A stretch of 64,000 bases of DNA. Origin: Planctomycetota bacterium (GTDB taxonomy: Bacteria > Planctomycetota > UBA8108 > UBA1146). This document shows, piece after piece, positions 29,687-40,139 of this stretch. Numbering within the stretch: the first letter of the stretch is position 1; each line of letters begins with the position of its first letter. Position numbers and translations under genes: made by a program. The notes beneath the pieces were generated by a model. That model saw nothing but the letters and a program-made list of their open reading frames with translations, was not told the DNA's origin and searched no databases. The DNA lies in NCBI GenBank assembly GCA_036125855.1, contig JAYZTT010000005.1:179059-243058 (forward strand). The letters are read 5' to 3'.

Positions 29687-30815
29687 CACGACTCCAGCTC
29701 GAAGTCGCGGAATCCAACGAGAGATCTGCTGGAGGGGAGCGCAGCAGCCGTTCCACCAGCTGTTGGGGCACCTCCTCGACAACCATCTCGCCCGGCTTAC
29801 ACGGCAAGATCCAGCGCTGCCTTCCCGATCGCACCTTTTTGTCAGCGACAAGTGCGCTCAGGACCGCTTCAACGGGTAAGCCTGGCCAGTTCACCGGAAG
29901 GCCCACCCTCTCCAGTAAACGACCGATCCGAGCAGCCGTTCCCGCTTCCGCAATGCCCAGCGCTTCCGACAGGGCACCCGCAAACACCATCCCGATGGAA
30001 ACCGCATCGCCATGCAATGGTCTCGGGGTGACGCTCACCTCCAGAGCATGAGCCAGGGTGTGACCCAGGTTCAGAAACTCTCTCGGTCCCGCTTCGAACG
30101 GATCGGCTGCAACGATGTCCACTTTCACCGCCACCGCGGCCCCGATCTGTTGACCGGTCGGAATCAAATCAGCGGCAATCGAGTCGGGATCAGACTCCAG
30201 TTCCATCAGCAACTCCGGAGCCCCGATCCACGCAGCCTTGATCAATTCCGCCCAACCCTGAGATCGTTGCTGAAGTGGTAGCGAGTCGAGAAACCCGGGA
30301 TCAGCCAGCACCGCACGCGGCAGATGAAAACTGCCGATACGATTTTTGATCCCGTCGTACTGGATCGCTGTCTTCCCTCCCACGTGGGCATCCACCATCG
30401 CCAGTAGCGTCGTCGGAATGGCGATCCATGGCACTCCTCGATGCCATACCGAGGCGGCGAAGCCTGCCGCATCTCCGAGAGCTCCACCGCCTGCAACGAT
30501 GATGAGGCCCCCACGATCGAGTTTCACCTGTGCCAGGTTTTCGAGCAGGCCAGACCAGGATTCTGGAGACTTGCAGGCTTCTCCACCTGGGATTTCAAAC
30601 TCGTGCAGAGGTGCTCGATCGGCAAAGAAATCCCTGACCGGATCCAGCTTTGCCAGAGGTACAGAGGAGTCACGAAACAACACCTGAGCACTGAACGAAT
30701 CCGATACCGTCTCGACAATGTGGTCGAGCTCGAGCAACCGGCTCAGAGAACCGGTAACCAGTTCGCAAGTTGATTGAGGCCAGCGGATACAAGCACGGGC
30801 AGGGGAAGAGCTCAC
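29676..30815 (-). CDS. aroB: 3-dehydroquinate synthase
   Basis: GGGALGDAAGFAAS glycine-rich NAD loop. HGDAVSIGM metal-binding region. Confidence 0.85.
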   Translation of the reverse strand: MSSSPARACIRWPQSTCELVTGSLSRLLELDHIVETVSDSFSAQVLFRDSSVPLAKLDPVRDFFADRAPLHEFEIPGGEACKSPESWSGLLENLAQVKLDRGGLIIVAGGGALGDAAGFAASVWHRGVPWIAIPTTLLAMVDAHVGGKTAIQYDGIKNRIGSFHLPRAVLADPGFLDSLPLQQRSQGWAELIKAAWIGAPELLMELESDPDSIAADLIPTGQQIGAAVAVKVDIVAADPFEAGPREFLNLGHTLAHALEVSVTPRPLHGDAVSIGMVFAGALSEALGIAEAGTAARIGRLLERVGLPVNWPGLPVEAVLSALVADKKVRSGRQRWILPCKPGEMVVEEVPQQLVERLLRSPPADLSLDSATSSWSRDEH

Positions 30816-31705
30816 GATTTCCTCCGCCGCGTCAACGGGCGACGGGGCCGACGGTCCTGAATCACCAGTAACAGGATCAGGGTCGCCACGGCCAGCGCTC
30901 CGATGATCGACAGGGGGAACCAGCGATTGCCCTTTTTCACAAAGGGACTCTGATAAGGCTCCAGTGTTTGGGCCACCCAGTGCGGAACCATCGCTTCCTG
31001 ACCAGCAATCGTCTGGTACCGGTACAGACGCAGAAAATCACCCTCCATCACCACATCGGATCCGCTCGGTAGGTACTTTGGTTTACGGATGAAATCGACC
31101 CGATGGAGGTGTCCATCGGAATCCGATCCAAACACTTCCCAGATCTTTTTCAATCCCGAACGATTCTCTGGCAAGTTTCGCGGCTGTGGATTTTCGATCA
31201 GTGTTAGCACCATCAGGTAGCGCTTCCCCCGAATCGATCTGGATTGCGCAGCAATCTCGTCAGCCCTGGGAGCTTCCCCGGCGGCCGGCTCTGAGGCCCC
31301 GGCACGCCATCTGTGGAGAAGGTAGTACTTTGCTTCCTCTTCCAGAGGACCGGGATCGACCGCTTCGCCATCTCTGACGCGAGCCAGAATTGACTCATCG
31401 ACGACAAACGGCTCGACCCCACTTGCTGACTGATCTTCGGGACTGAGCGCAACCGGTTCGGGGACGTTCGCTTCCTCGTTCGGGGTTTGATCATCGGGAG
31501 CCAAACCGACCACTTCATCAGAGTGCCCGACTGGAATCATCCCAGGAGGAGCCTCGGGGGCCTGGTTCTGGTCACTCCACCGGGGAACCACGACGATCAG
31601 AAACAGAACCAGCAGCAACAGGACAGGTCCTATCACTCGCATCTTCTCGCGTCTATCCATCCCCCTGGCAGAGGGGCGGTACTTTCTGGGACCGAAATAA
31701 ACCAT
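30812..31705 (-). CDS. Hypothetical bitopic membrane protein (N- and C-terminal TM helices, Pro/Glu/Ala-rich middle)
   Basis: No family recognised. Couples lpxB and aroB (4 nt overlap with aroB). Confidence 0.55.
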   Translation of the reverse strand: MVYFGPRKYRPSARGMDRREKMRVIGPVLLLLVLFLIVVVPRWSDQNQAPEAPPGMIPVGHSDEVVGLAPDDQTPNEEANVPEPVALSPEDQSASGVEPFVVDESILARVRDGEAVDPGPLEEEAKYYLLHRWRAGASEPAAGEAPRADEIAAQSRSIRGKRYLMVLTLIENPQPRNLPENRSGLKKIWEVFGSDSDGHLHRVDFIRKPKYLPSGSDVVMEGDFLRLYRYQTIAGQEAMVPHWVAQTLEPYQSPFVKKGNRWFPLSIIGALAVATLILLLVIQDRRPRRPLTRRRKS

Positions 31706-31736
31706 ACACAGAGGATAACAGGACAGTAGCTCCGGG

Positions 31737-32864
31737 TCAGCGGTTGGAGTTCTCTTCCAGTAGCTGGATCACCTGCTGGGCCGCCTTTCGGCTAGCACCC
31801 GGATGAAATTTTTTCTCACGGATGCTGTTCAACTCTCCCATCAACTCTCCAGCGGCTTCATCATCGAGTAATGGAGCAGCGAGACGTGCAATCGCCGGAC
31901 CATCCCCTGGCTCAAACAGCAGCTCTGGAACCATTTTCCGTCCGGCAAAGAGATTGATCAGGGAGAAATAGGGAGAAACAGCCAGTAACTGATAGGCCGA
32001 TCTCTGGATCTCGTTGGCAGGATAGGCGACGACCATCGGAACTCCGTGCCAGGCGGTCTCCAGAGTTGCGGTTCCGGAGCAGACAATTGCCAGCCGTGCA
32101 CGCCCCTGCAAAGCACGGGCATCCCCAACATGAATTCGAACTTCCGGATAGTTCTCCACCAGAGCTTCAATCTCTGGAACCAGTTTTGGACGCTGACAGG
32201 AAATCCATGTCTCCAGATCCGGGTTGTGTCCTCGCAAGATCCGTGATGCCTCGAGTAGTGCCGGGAGACCGGAGCGGATTTCCTGCTTGCGACTACCGGG
32301 AAGAAGCGCCAGTAACGGCCCCCCGCTAGCCCCTTCGAGATCCGGTAGTGGCCCCGCCGCAGCCAGCGAGTCAAACACAGGATTCCCGACGTGATGTACT
32401 CGAGGATGAAAGGGCTTGTAGATCCCCTCCTCGAAAGGAAGCACGACCAGTAACTGATCGGCGCACGCCGCAATCCTGCGGATTCGCCACGGAGCCCAGG
32501 CCCAGACCTGGGGACAGATGTAGTACGTCACGGGAATCCCGAGACGGCGAGCAATGCTCGCCAGATGGATATGCAAGCCGGGATAGTCGATCACTACCAG
32601 TTGATCAGGAGGTCTCTGAAGCAGTTCCTCGACGAATCCGGCAGCATGCTTCAAGATCGAGCCGAGTTGATTCACCACGGGCAACCAACCCATCACCGCC
32701 CGGTCTGCGAGATCAGCTCGTAACACCGCTCCGGAATCGGCGAGTCTCTCGCCACCGATCCCATCAATCTGCAATGACGGATCGATCTGAAGACATTCCT
32801 TGACCAGTCGAGCAGCATGAAGATCTCCCGACGGTTCTCCCGCGCATACCATCAACCTCGCCAT
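31737..32864 (-). CDS. lpxB: Lipid-A-disaccharide synthase
   Basis: N-terminal MARLMVCAGEPSGDLHAA matches the LpxB GT19 signature. Start trimmed to the ATG overlapping the upstream stop. Confidence 0.85.
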   Translation of the reverse strand: MARLMVCAGEPSGDLHAARLVKECLQIDPSLQIDGIGGERLADSGAVLRADLADRAVMGWLPVVNQLGSILKHAAGFVEELLQRPPDQLVVIDYPGLHIHLASIARRLGIPVTYYICPQVWAWAPWRIRRIAACADQLLVVLPFEEGIYKPFHPRVHHVGNPVFDSLAAAGPLPDLEGASGGPLLALLPGSRKQEIRSGLPALLEASRILRGHNPDLETWISCQRPKLVPEIEALVENYPEVRIHVGDARALQGRARLAIVCSGTATLETAWHGVPMVVAYPANEIQRSAYQLLAVSPYFSLINLFAGRKMVPELLFEPGDGPAIARLAAPLLDDEAAGELMGELNSIREKKFHPGASRKAAQQVIQLLEENSNR

Positions 32865-32865
32865 C

Positions 32866-33579
32866 TCAGATTCTCCTCGCGGCAAGGTCGCGACAGGACT
32901 GGATGAACCCCTCAACTATTTTTTTCCCGAGAGGCTCCTGGGGCATCTGCTCCGGATGCCATTGCACACCAACGATTCGACAGTCGCTGGTTTGAGCCGC
33001 TTCGATGATTCCATCACTGGACGTGGCGAGGAGTTTCCAATCCGGTGCAAGATCCCTGACCGACTGATGATGACTTGAATTGACCTGATAGAGTCCCGGA
33101 TCCGGTACAGCCGGCAATCCACCGAGCCATGAAATCTCATGCATCGGAAGAGGATCACCTTCTTCCGCCGACCGGTGAGGGATGGTCGCATCCACCTCGA
33201 CTTCCAGATCACCATGGATGGTGCCGCCAGCAACGATGTTGAGAAGCTGGAACCCACCGCAGATGGCGAGAACCGGCAGCTCGCTGCTCAACAGGTAATC
33301 TGCCCACAGAAGATCCGCTGCTTCTCTGATCGGATGCACGGCGACAAAACGTTCCGGCTCTGTGCCTTCATCCACCAGACCGCAGCGATAATCATCGCCG
33401 CCGATCAACAATACCCCGTCCAGCAGCGGAGACACTTCCTCAGGAGCTACTCCAGGAGGGATCAGCAGAGGGATGGCACCATGCTGGATCACCAGGTTGT
33501 GGTAGGTCACCGCCACTCGAGAACGGAGTCTTCCCGAATTCTCGATGTCGCAGTTCAAGCCGATTCGTGGTTTCATCAT
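32866..33579 (-). CDS. Class I glutamine amidotransferase (peptidase C26 / gamma-glutamyl-GABA hydrolase-like)
   Basis: AICGGFQLLN nucleophile elbow and GVQWHPE His region. Start near MMKPRIG; exact start codon uncertain. Confidence 0.8.
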   Translation of the reverse strand: MMKPRIGLNCDIENSGRLRSRVAVTYHNLVIQHGAIPLLIPPGVAPEEVSPLLDGVLLIGGDDYRCGLVDEGTEPERFVAVHPIREAADLLWADYLLSSELPVLAICGGFQLLNIVAGGTIHGDLEVEVDATIPHRSAEEGDPLPMHEISWLGGLPAVPDPGLYQVNSSHHQSVRDLAPDWKLLATSSDGIIEAAQTSDCRIVGVQWHPEQMPQEPLGKKIVEGFIQSCRDLAARRI

Positions 33580-33641
33580 CCCTCGCATGGCCCTGATGGT
33601 CAGCCAGCACCGAGCCCACGTCAACGGCAAGAAGGAACCGA

Positions 33642-34916
33642 TTGGACTCTTTCACTTCGATCCCAGCTCCCCCCGCCGATCTCCAGGAACTCGCCTCCTG
33701 GCTGTCCAGCTTCACCAACTGGGAGAAACAAGCTCCTCTCAGGGCAGATCGGCGTGCACTGGGACCATCTCGCTGCCGCGGCCTGCTGCAACGGGCCGGT
33801 CTTCTCACTCCCGTCGGGCCAACGGTTCAGGTGGCAGGAACCAAGGGAAAAGGCTCGACAGTGCTGTGGATGGAAGCTCTCCTTCGACATAGAGATTGCC
33901 CGACTGCTGCAACTTTATCTCCCCATCTCGTTTCCATCGAGGAGAGGATTCGAATCGATGGGCAGGAACTGGCCTGGCCCTCGCTGTTCGAGGGTCTCAC
34001 AAATCTCCATCCATACCTGATCGATCCCGACCAACCACAAGACAGCATCCCAACTTTTTTCGATCTATGGATCGCTCTCTTCATCGAACGTGCCGTCAGT
34101 GCTGGAGATCGATGGCTGCTACTCGAAGTGGGTATGGGAGGCCCTCTCGATTCGACCAGTTCCGTTTGCCACGATGTGGGAATCTTGACGACAGTGGATC
34201 TGGATCACCGTCCCATCCTGGGAGATACCATCCAGGAGATAGCTCGAGAAAAGGCACTGATTGCAAGCCGCGGCAAGCCCTTCATCATCGCCGATGGAGC
34301 TCACGCCAGTGACGCCGCAGATGTCGCCGCTTCACGGGGTGCTATCGCGCACATCGTCAAGGACGATGCGAGGATCCCTGCGCACTACCTGTACCCTCAA
34401 CGATTGAACGGGGCCTGCGCCCTCGCCGCGTTGGAAAAGATGGAGGATGTCAGACCCTGGACTGCGGATGAGGTGCGACATGCTGCACAACAGTTGCGAC
34501 TGCCCGCCCGTCTGGAAAAATTAGCAGGAACCGTACCGTTGTTACTCGATGGAGCTCATACACCCCTGTCTCTGGCCGCATTTGTTGAACGCTTCGAGTG
34601 CCACCGCAATGGCAAACCAGGTTCGATTCTGCTGGGTATGCTATCAGACAAGGAGATCGAACAATCTCTAGGCGCTCTCGCTACCCTCGATCCGATGCCG
34701 CAAATCGTTACCGTCACTCCCGACTCTCCGCGGGCCCTCCCTGCCGAGCAACTGTCACGGATCCTCGAGCGGCTAGGAGTGGAATCCATGGCGATGGCGG
34801 AGATTCCGAAAGCCGTTGACTGGCTCAAAGAAAAAGCCGCTACCGGACAACCGGTAGCGGCTACTGGATCGATGTATCTGGCTGGAGCTGTGCGAACTCA
34901 CTGGCTATCTAGCTAG
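33642..34916 (+). CDS. folC: Bifunctional folylpolyglutamate synthase / dihydrofolate synthase (Mur ligase family)
   Basis: VAGTKGKGST P-loop and Mur ligase middle/C-terminal domains. Confidence 0.85.
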   Translation: MDSFTSIPAPPADLQELASWLSSFTNWEKQAPLRADRRALGPSRCRGLLQRAGLLTPVGPTVQVAGTKGKGSTVLWMEALLRHRDCPTAATLSPHLVSIEERIRIDGQELAWPSLFEGLTNLHPYLIDPDQPQDSIPTFFDLWIALFIERAVSAGDRWLLLEVGMGGPLDSTSSVCHDVGILTTVDLDHRPILGDTIQEIAREKALIASRGKPFIIADGAHASDAADVAASRGAIAHIVKDDARIPAHYLYPQRLNGACALAALEKMEDVRPWTADEVRHAAQQLRLPARLEKLAGTVPLLLDGAHTPLSLAAFVERFECHRNGKPGSILLGMLSDKEIEQSLGALATLDPMPQIVTVTPDSPRALPAEQLSRILERLGVESMAMAEIPKAVDWLKEKAATGQPVAATGSMYLAGAVRTHWLSS

Positions 34917-37408
34917 GGAGCCGCAGTCGGAGCGTCTTTCTCCTTGGGAGTATCCTTTGGCACCTTTCGGAACAAGATTTCATCTCCGGAGACCTCCATG
35001 TGGACTTCCGAACCTTTCGGGAAGTTTCCTTGAAGGAGCTCTTCGGCAAGAGAATCTTCAACGTACTGCTGTATCGACCGGCGCAATGGTCTCGCTCCAA
35101 AATCGGGGTTATAGCCCTTGTCGATCAGGAACTCTTTTGCTTCGTCCGACACGATCAGGTCGATTCCCTGTTCCTTGATCCGTTTCATCACTTCACGCAT
35201 CTCAATCTGAATGATCTCTTCGAGATCATCCCTGTAGAGTGGCTTGAAGAATACCGCATCGTCGAGACGGTTCAGGAACTCGGGGCGGAAGAACTTCTCC
35301 ACTTCGCCCATCACTTCTTTACGCATCTGGTCGGTGTCTCGTCCTTCACCGGTATTTCGGAACCCGAGTGAACTCTGATTCTTTATCAAATCGGCACCGA
35401 TATTCGATGTCATGATGAGAACCACGTTACGGAAATCGATGACCCGGCCAAATGAATCGGTTACATGCCCCTCCTCCATCACCTGGAGTAGCATGTTGAA
35501 GACATCGGAATGGGCTTTCTCGACTTCATCCAGCAAAACGACTGAATAAGGTCGGCGACGGATCTTTTCGGTCAGTTGCCCACCCTCTTCGTATCCGACA
35601 TATCCCGGAGGTGCTCCAACCAGTCTGGAGACATTGTGCTTCTCCATGAACTCCGACATGTCGACCTGGATGAGTGCTTCTTCTTCACCAAACAAGAACT
35701 TGGCGAGGGTTTTCGCCAGTAGCGTCTTTCCGACACCGGTGGGGCCCAAAAACAGGAATGAACCGACCGGCCTGCTGGGATCCTTGAGACCACTACGACT
35801 GCGTCGCACCGCTCGAGAAATTCTCTCGATGGCATCGTGCTGAGAAATCACCGACTGATGCAGTTCATCCTCCATATGAAGCAGACGATCTGCTTCGCCA
35901 CTATCGATGCGAGTGAGCGGAATTCCTGTCATCTTTGCCACGGTCTCCGCGATATCTTCTTCATCAACACAGCCACTGACTTCGTCAGCACGTGCCCTCC
36001 AGGCCTTCAGGTCTTCTTCCCGTTTTTTCTTGAGACGACTGGCCTTGTCACGAAGATTCGCAGCGCGCTCGAAGTCCTGCTGAGCAACGGATGCTTCCTT
36101 CTCCTTGTCCAGTTCCTCGATCTCCTTCTCAAGTTCCTTGAGATCAGGAGGACGAGTCGAATGCCTGAGGCGAATTCGGGAACCGGCTTCATCGATGACA
36201 TCGATGGCCTTGTCAGGCAGGAAACGCCCGTTGATGTATCGGACGGCCATATCAACCGCCGCCTCCAGCGCATCATCGGTATACCGTACTCGGTGATGAG
36301 CTTCGTATTTATCGCGCAATCCCTTGAGGATCTCTACAGATTGATCTCGAGAAGGAGGATTGACGATGATGCTCTGGAATCTTCTTTCGAGAGCACCATC
36401 TTTCTCGATGTGCTTGCGGTACTCATCGAGAGTCGTGGCTCCAATACACTGGATCTCGCCGCGGGAGAGGGCTGGCTTCAGGACATTGGAAGCATCGATA
36501 GCTCCCTCTGCTCCTCCAGCTCCGACAAGAGTGTGAAGTTCATCGATGAAGAGGATCACGTTTTTCACGCGACTCACTTCGGTCATCACCGCCTTGATTC
36601 GTTCCTCGAACTGACCGCGATATTTGGTACCTGCAACCATCAGCGCCAGGTCGAGTACGACAATTCGCTGATTTCTCAAGATCTCAGGTACATCGCCAGC
36701 GATGATTTCCTGGGCCAGGCCTTCGACTATGGCGCTCTTGCCGACTCCGGGCTCCCCCAGAAGCACGGGGTTATTCTTGGTTCTTCGAGCCAGGACCTGC
36801 ATCACGCGCTCGATCTCATCAAATCTGCCGATGACCGGATCGAGCGAGCCTGCTCGGGCCATTTCTGTCAAATCACGGCCGAATGAATCAAGAGCAGGTG
36901 TTTTCGAACTACGTGATTTCTGGCCAACAGGCTTTGATTCCTGTTCGACTTCGATTTCCACGTCACCGACATCGGCTCCGAGAATCTCTAACACTTCATT
37001 ACGTACGTCTTCCAGGTTCAATCCAAGGTCCTTGAGAACTGTCGCGGCAACGCCCTGTTCTTCACGAATCAGGCCAAGGAGCAGATGTTCGGTACCGATG
37101 TAATTATGTCTGAGTTCCTTGGCGGCTTCCTGGCAAAGCTCAAGGACCCTCTTGGCGCGCGGAGTGAAAGGCAACTGCCCCATGTGCACGATCGAGTGAC
37201 CACTTTGCACCTGGCGCTCGATTTCGGCCCGAATCTTGCCTGAATCCACTTCCAAATTTTTCAGAACATTGGCAGCAACACCACTTCCCTCCTGGACCAG
37301 GCCCAGAAGAATGTGCTCGGTTCCGATGAAGTCGTGACTGAATCGCTGGGCTTCTTTACGAGCCAGCGCCATCACCTTCCGTGCTCTATCGGTAAAACGA
37401 TCAAACAT
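34913..37408 (-). CDS. clpC: ATP-dependent Clp protease ATP-binding subunit ClpC
   Basis: Duplicated Clp_N repeats, two AAA+ modules ([16 protein letters not shown]), UVR-like linker. AAAGAGGAAAG RBS upstream. Confidence 0.95.
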   Translation of the reverse strand: MFDRFTDRARKVMALARKEAQRFSHDFIGTEHILLGLVQEGSGVAANVLKNLEVDSGKIRAEIERQVQSGHSIVHMGQLPFTPRAKRVLELCQEAAKELRHNYIGTEHLLLGLIREEQGVAATVLKDLGLNLEDVRNEVLEILGADVGDVEIEVEQESKPVGQKSRSSKTPALDSFGRDLTEMARAGSLDPVIGRFDEIERVMQVLARRTKNNPVLLGEPGVGKSAIVEGLAQEIIAGDVPEILRNQRIVVLDLALMVAGTKYRGQFEERIKAVMTEVSRVKNVILFIDELHTLVGAGGAEGAIDASNVLKPALSRGEIQCIGATTLDEYRKHIEKDGALERRFQSIIVNPPSRDQSVEILKGLRDKYEAHHRVRYTDDALEAAVDMAVRYINGRFLPDKAIDVIDEAGSRIRLRHSTRPPDLKELEKEIEELDKEKEASVAQQDFERAANLRDKASRLKKKREEDLKAWRARADEVSGCVDEEDIAETVAKMTGIPLTRIDSGEADRLLHMEDELHQSVISQHDAIERISRAVRRSRSGLKDPSRPVGSFLFLGPTGVGKTLLAKTLAKFLFGEEEALIQVDMSEFMEKHNVSRLVGAPPGYVGYEEGGQLTEKIRRRPYSVVLLDEVEKAHSDVFNMLLQVMEEGHVTDSFGRVIDFRNVVLIMTSNIGADLIKNQSSLGFRNTGEGRDTDQMRKEVMGEVEKFFRPEFLNRLDDAVFFKPLYRDDLEEIIQIEMREVMKRIKEQGIDLIVSDEAKEFLIDKGYNPDFGARPLRRSIQQYVEDSLAEELLQGNFPKGSEVHMEVSGDEILFRKVPKDTPKEKDAPTAAP

Positions 37409-37493
37409 GTTACGTCTTTCCTCTTTCTCGCTGAGAGGTCCGCATCCCCTACTGACAAACCCGCTTCATGGGGTCTGTTTCGAGAGCAGCCTC

Positions 37494-37522
37494 TCTATAA
37501 AAAGGACGATGTTGCGACTCAA
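37494..37522 (-). promoter_or_regulatory. Candidate promoter (TTGAGT-17-TATAGA on the minus strand) in the 303 nt gap between mcsB and clpC
   Basis: Hexamers read on the minus strand about 90 nt upstream of the clpC ATG. No CtsR heptad repeats or CIRCE element found. Confidence 0.2.
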
Positions 37523-37711
37523 GGAGTTCCCCTAGCGACTGAATCCTGGAAACTCACCAGGAGAGAAGCCCTAGCACCGCAATTATTCCCCACAGTATCC
37601 ACATCCTATCGGCCAAAACAGAGACCGATCTGACCAGAATAAAGCCGTGCAACACCAATTCATCATACCCTTTTTCGTCAATTGGGGGGCAAGAAGAGCA
37701 GAATTGTGTCG

Positions 37712-38764
37712 TTATTCCGTCAATATTTGCCTCACCAGGGCAGCTCTCTTGAGATCACGATCCTCCGAGCTCAACTCCCCCTCGCCGATCGCCTGAAGAT
37801 GACCCGGCTGACTGAACAAGAACATCCGATTCACCTGCTCCATCTTCAGATCAGACAAGATCCCCATCGATACCCCGAGACGAACCAGGGAGAGATGCTC
37901 AAGAGCTTCCTTGCTGGTAATCACCCGGGCGTGCGACAGGATTCCGAACGCTCTTCCGACCTTGTCCTCGATCCGCTCCCTGCGTCTTTCGAGCAGTTCG
38001 TCTCTGAGTTTCCGTTCGTAACGAAGGATGTTGGGCAACACGGAATCAATCTTCTGAAGAATTTCTGTCTCGGAAAGTCCCAGGGTTCTTTGATTCGATA
38101 TCTGAAAGAAATCTCCTTGAGCTTCAGTCCCTTCTCCGAACAGTCCTCGCACGGCCAGGTGAATCTTCGTCGCAGCTCTAGTGACTTCCTCGATCTGTCC
38201 TGTGATCACCATCGCTGGAAGATGCAACATCACGGAAGCCCGCAATCCGGTTCCTACATTGGTCGGGCATGCTGTGAGGTATCCATACTGCTGGTCAAAG
38301 GCAAACTGCAACTGGCCATCAATTGCTCTCTCGAGCTGATCCATCTCCTGCCAGGCTTGCTCGAGACAGTAGCCGGACTTCATCACCTGCAGCCTCAGAT
38401 GATCCTCTTCGTTGACCATCAATGAATATGCTTCGGATTCATCAAACGCGACCAGTCGAGGCCCTGATGACATGGCCAGCTCCCGGCTAACGAGATGCCT
38501 CTCCACCAGCACCAGTCTGTCGACACGATCCATCTCATCGAGATGTTGCGTTTCCAGGGTCAACCCCGGACGAAGATCTTTCATCGCTGCTTGAATCCGC
38601 TCAGCGACCGTGGAACGCTGCTGATCATTTGCAACGGTGGTGAACGGGATATCGGTCAGATTTCTGGCCAGACGTACACGACTGGAGATAACCAGATCCG
38701 AATCGCTGCCGTCGCCGCGCAGCCATTCACCGACTGGTTGATGAAAATCTCCTATCGACATCAT
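37712..38764 (-). CDS. mcsB: Protein arginine kinase McsB (ATP:guanido phosphotransferase)
   Basis: N-terminal SSRVRLARNLTDIPF, catalytic CPTNVGTGLRASV typical of phosphagen kinases / McsB. Confidence 0.88.
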   Translation of the reverse strand: MMSIGDFHQPVGEWLRGDGSDSDLVISSRVRLARNLTDIPFTTVANDQQRSTVAERIQAAMKDLRPGLTLETQHLDEMDRVDRLVLVERHLVSRELAMSSGPRLVAFDESEAYSLMVNEEDHLRLQVMKSGYCLEQAWQEMDQLERAIDGQLQFAFDQQYGYLTACPTNVGTGLRASVMLHLPAMVITGQIEEVTRAATKIHLAVRGLFGEGTEAQGDFFQISNQRTLGLSETEILQKIDSVLPNILRYERKLRDELLERRRERIEDKVGRAFGILSHARVITSKEALEHLSLVRLGVSMGILSDLKMEQVNRMFLFSQPGHLQAIGEGELSSEDRDLKRAALVRQILTE

Positions 38765-39273
38765 TTGCTCCCCATCAGGCGCATCTGATCGCGAATCGCT
38801 GCGGCTTTCTCGTACTGTTCACCCTGAACTGCTTGCAGCAACTCTTCGCGCAACTGATCGAGTTTCGTTTGGTGATTATCCTGCTCCCTGAAGCGACCAG
38901 GAGTGCGACCTCGATGTTGGGTCGAAGCATGTATTTTTTCTAGCAGGTCATCGAGGGAACCACGGAACACCGTGTAATCGTGGGAGCAGCCAAACTTCCC
39001 TTCCTTCCGGAAAAGCGAATAGCTCATCTTGCATCGAGGGCAATCTTCGACATCTGTCACTTCCGAATCGCCACTACCGATATCGATGGACGGTGCGCAA
39101 AATTCGGGGAGGGTGATGTTGGTGATGTTCTTGAACTTCTGGAGCTGAGCCTGGATGGAGACACCGTGAACTTCTGCGCACTCCTTGCAGAGGCGGTATT
39201 CCCTTTTCGTGTTATTGACGATGTCGGTCAGATGAACACAGGCCTCGTTCTCCTGACACTTCTCGCAAAGCAT
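38761..39273 (-). CDS. mcsA: McsA-like activator of protein arginine kinase (zinc-finger + UVR domain)
   Basis: CxxC pairs (CEKCQ...CKEC, CPRCK...C) and a C-terminal UVR motif (EQYEKAAAIRDQM). 4 nt overlap with mcsB. Confidence 0.8.
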   Translation of the reverse strand: MLCEKCQENEACVHLTDIVNNTKREYRLCKECAEVHGVSIQAQLQKFKNITNITLPEFCAPSIDIGSGDSEVTDVEDCPRCKMSYSLFRKEGKFGCSHDYTVFRGSLDDLLEKIHASTQHRGRTPGRFREQDNHQTKLDQLREELLQAVQGEQYEKAAAIRDQMRLMGSK

Positions 39274-39335
39274 GATCAGCCTCTTCCTCTCAGCGAGTCG
39301 GAGGGTGGATTCTCCCCCCCCTTCATGATCGACAG

Positions 39336-40055
39336 TTACAGAGCCCCTCTCCAGCCCTCTTTTCGCAGAATTCGGAGCTGCTGGAAAGTTCTCGACAACC
39401 GGGTCGCCAATTGCCGATTTCGCTGCAATTCACGCCACAGACCGACCAGGTCGCCCTCGTCATCGATGTCGTCGCGCACCGGAAGTGATTGAACAGGAAC
39501 TCCCAGCTCCTGCAACCGATCTGCGGCATTCTCGGCAACAGCAGTCCCGCCCCAGCCTTGCCTGGGAAACAACGCCCGCAAGCGTCGCTCCACCACCCTC
39601 GGAATCACCAGCAGACCATAGCCCCCATCTCCGGCGGGACCGATGGTCGCGGTGCCCAGACCAGCGCAATCGAGTGCGGTTTGGATCTGCTGTGGGGAGT
39701 ATCTGGGAGCATCAGCGCCAAGAAGTGCCACAGCGGTCCTTCCCTGTTCAAAGGAGAGTGCGCAGCAGTGAGCCAGCCTGGCCCCCAGATCGCCGTCCCC
39801 CTGATGACGGTACTCCCATCCATACGGCGCGATGGAGCCGTCCGAGAGCCACCGAGAAAAACCGCTGGCGTCGGGTTGGTCACCACAGAGCACTCGAGAA
39901 TCGCCGGTCGATCCGCAACCCTGGAGCAGATCTCCCAGCAGTGCTGCAGCCACCTCGGAAGCCGATTCACGGCCGATGGCCGCCGCCAATCGGGTCTTGA
40001 CTCTTCCGGGGACCGGTAATTTGCTGATGAGGAGTAAATCTGAAGCGGGTGTCAT
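39336..40055 (-). CDS. DUF2064 (TIGR04282) glycosyltransferase-like protein
   Basis: LLISKLPVPGRVKTRLA N-terminal motif. Start at MTPASD. Confidence 0.65.
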   Translation of the reverse strand: MTPASDLLLISKLPVPGRVKTRLAAAIGRESASEVAAALLGDLLQGCGSTGDSRVLCGDQPDASGFSRWLSDGSIAPYGWEYRHQGDGDLGARLAHCCALSFEQGRTAVALLGADAPRYSPQQIQTALDCAGLGTATIGPAGDGGYGLLVIPRVVERRLRALFPRQGWGGTAVAENAADRLQELGVPVQSLPVRDDIDDEGDLVGLWRELQRNRQLATRLSRTFQQLRILRKEGWRGAL

Positions 40056-40110
40056 TTCCCAACCTCCCTCGATACAAGCAGTTCCGGGTGCGATCACGCT
40101 TCTGGTTTAG

Positions 40111-40139
40111 TTGACAGCCTCAAAGTGGTGCCCTAGGAT
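40111..40139 (+). promoter_or_regulatory. Candidate promoter TTGACA-17-TAGGAT, 500 nt upstream of nusA
   Basis: Perfect -35 hexamer with a 17 nt spacer and a 4/6 -10. Lies at the edge of a 537 nt non-coding, structure-rich region. Confidence 0.3.

Noticed and set aside
35837-36886. 349 aa plus-strand ORF inside clpC
   Set aside because: It is antisense to ClpC, whose AAA+ motifs leave no doubt about the true frame.
37313-37633. 106 aa plus-strand ORF overlapping the clpC start and the mcsB-clpC gap
   Set aside because: It overlaps the clpC N-terminus antisense and runs into the non-coding gap. The sequence is not protein-like.
37409-37711. CtsR operator (GGTCAAA direct heptads), CIRCE (TTAGCACTC-N9-GAGTGCTAA) or sigma32 promoter upstream of clpC
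   Set aside because: Only partial matches turned up. One is CTAGCACCG without the second half-site. The other is CCCCATGA without a correctly spaced CTTGAAA.
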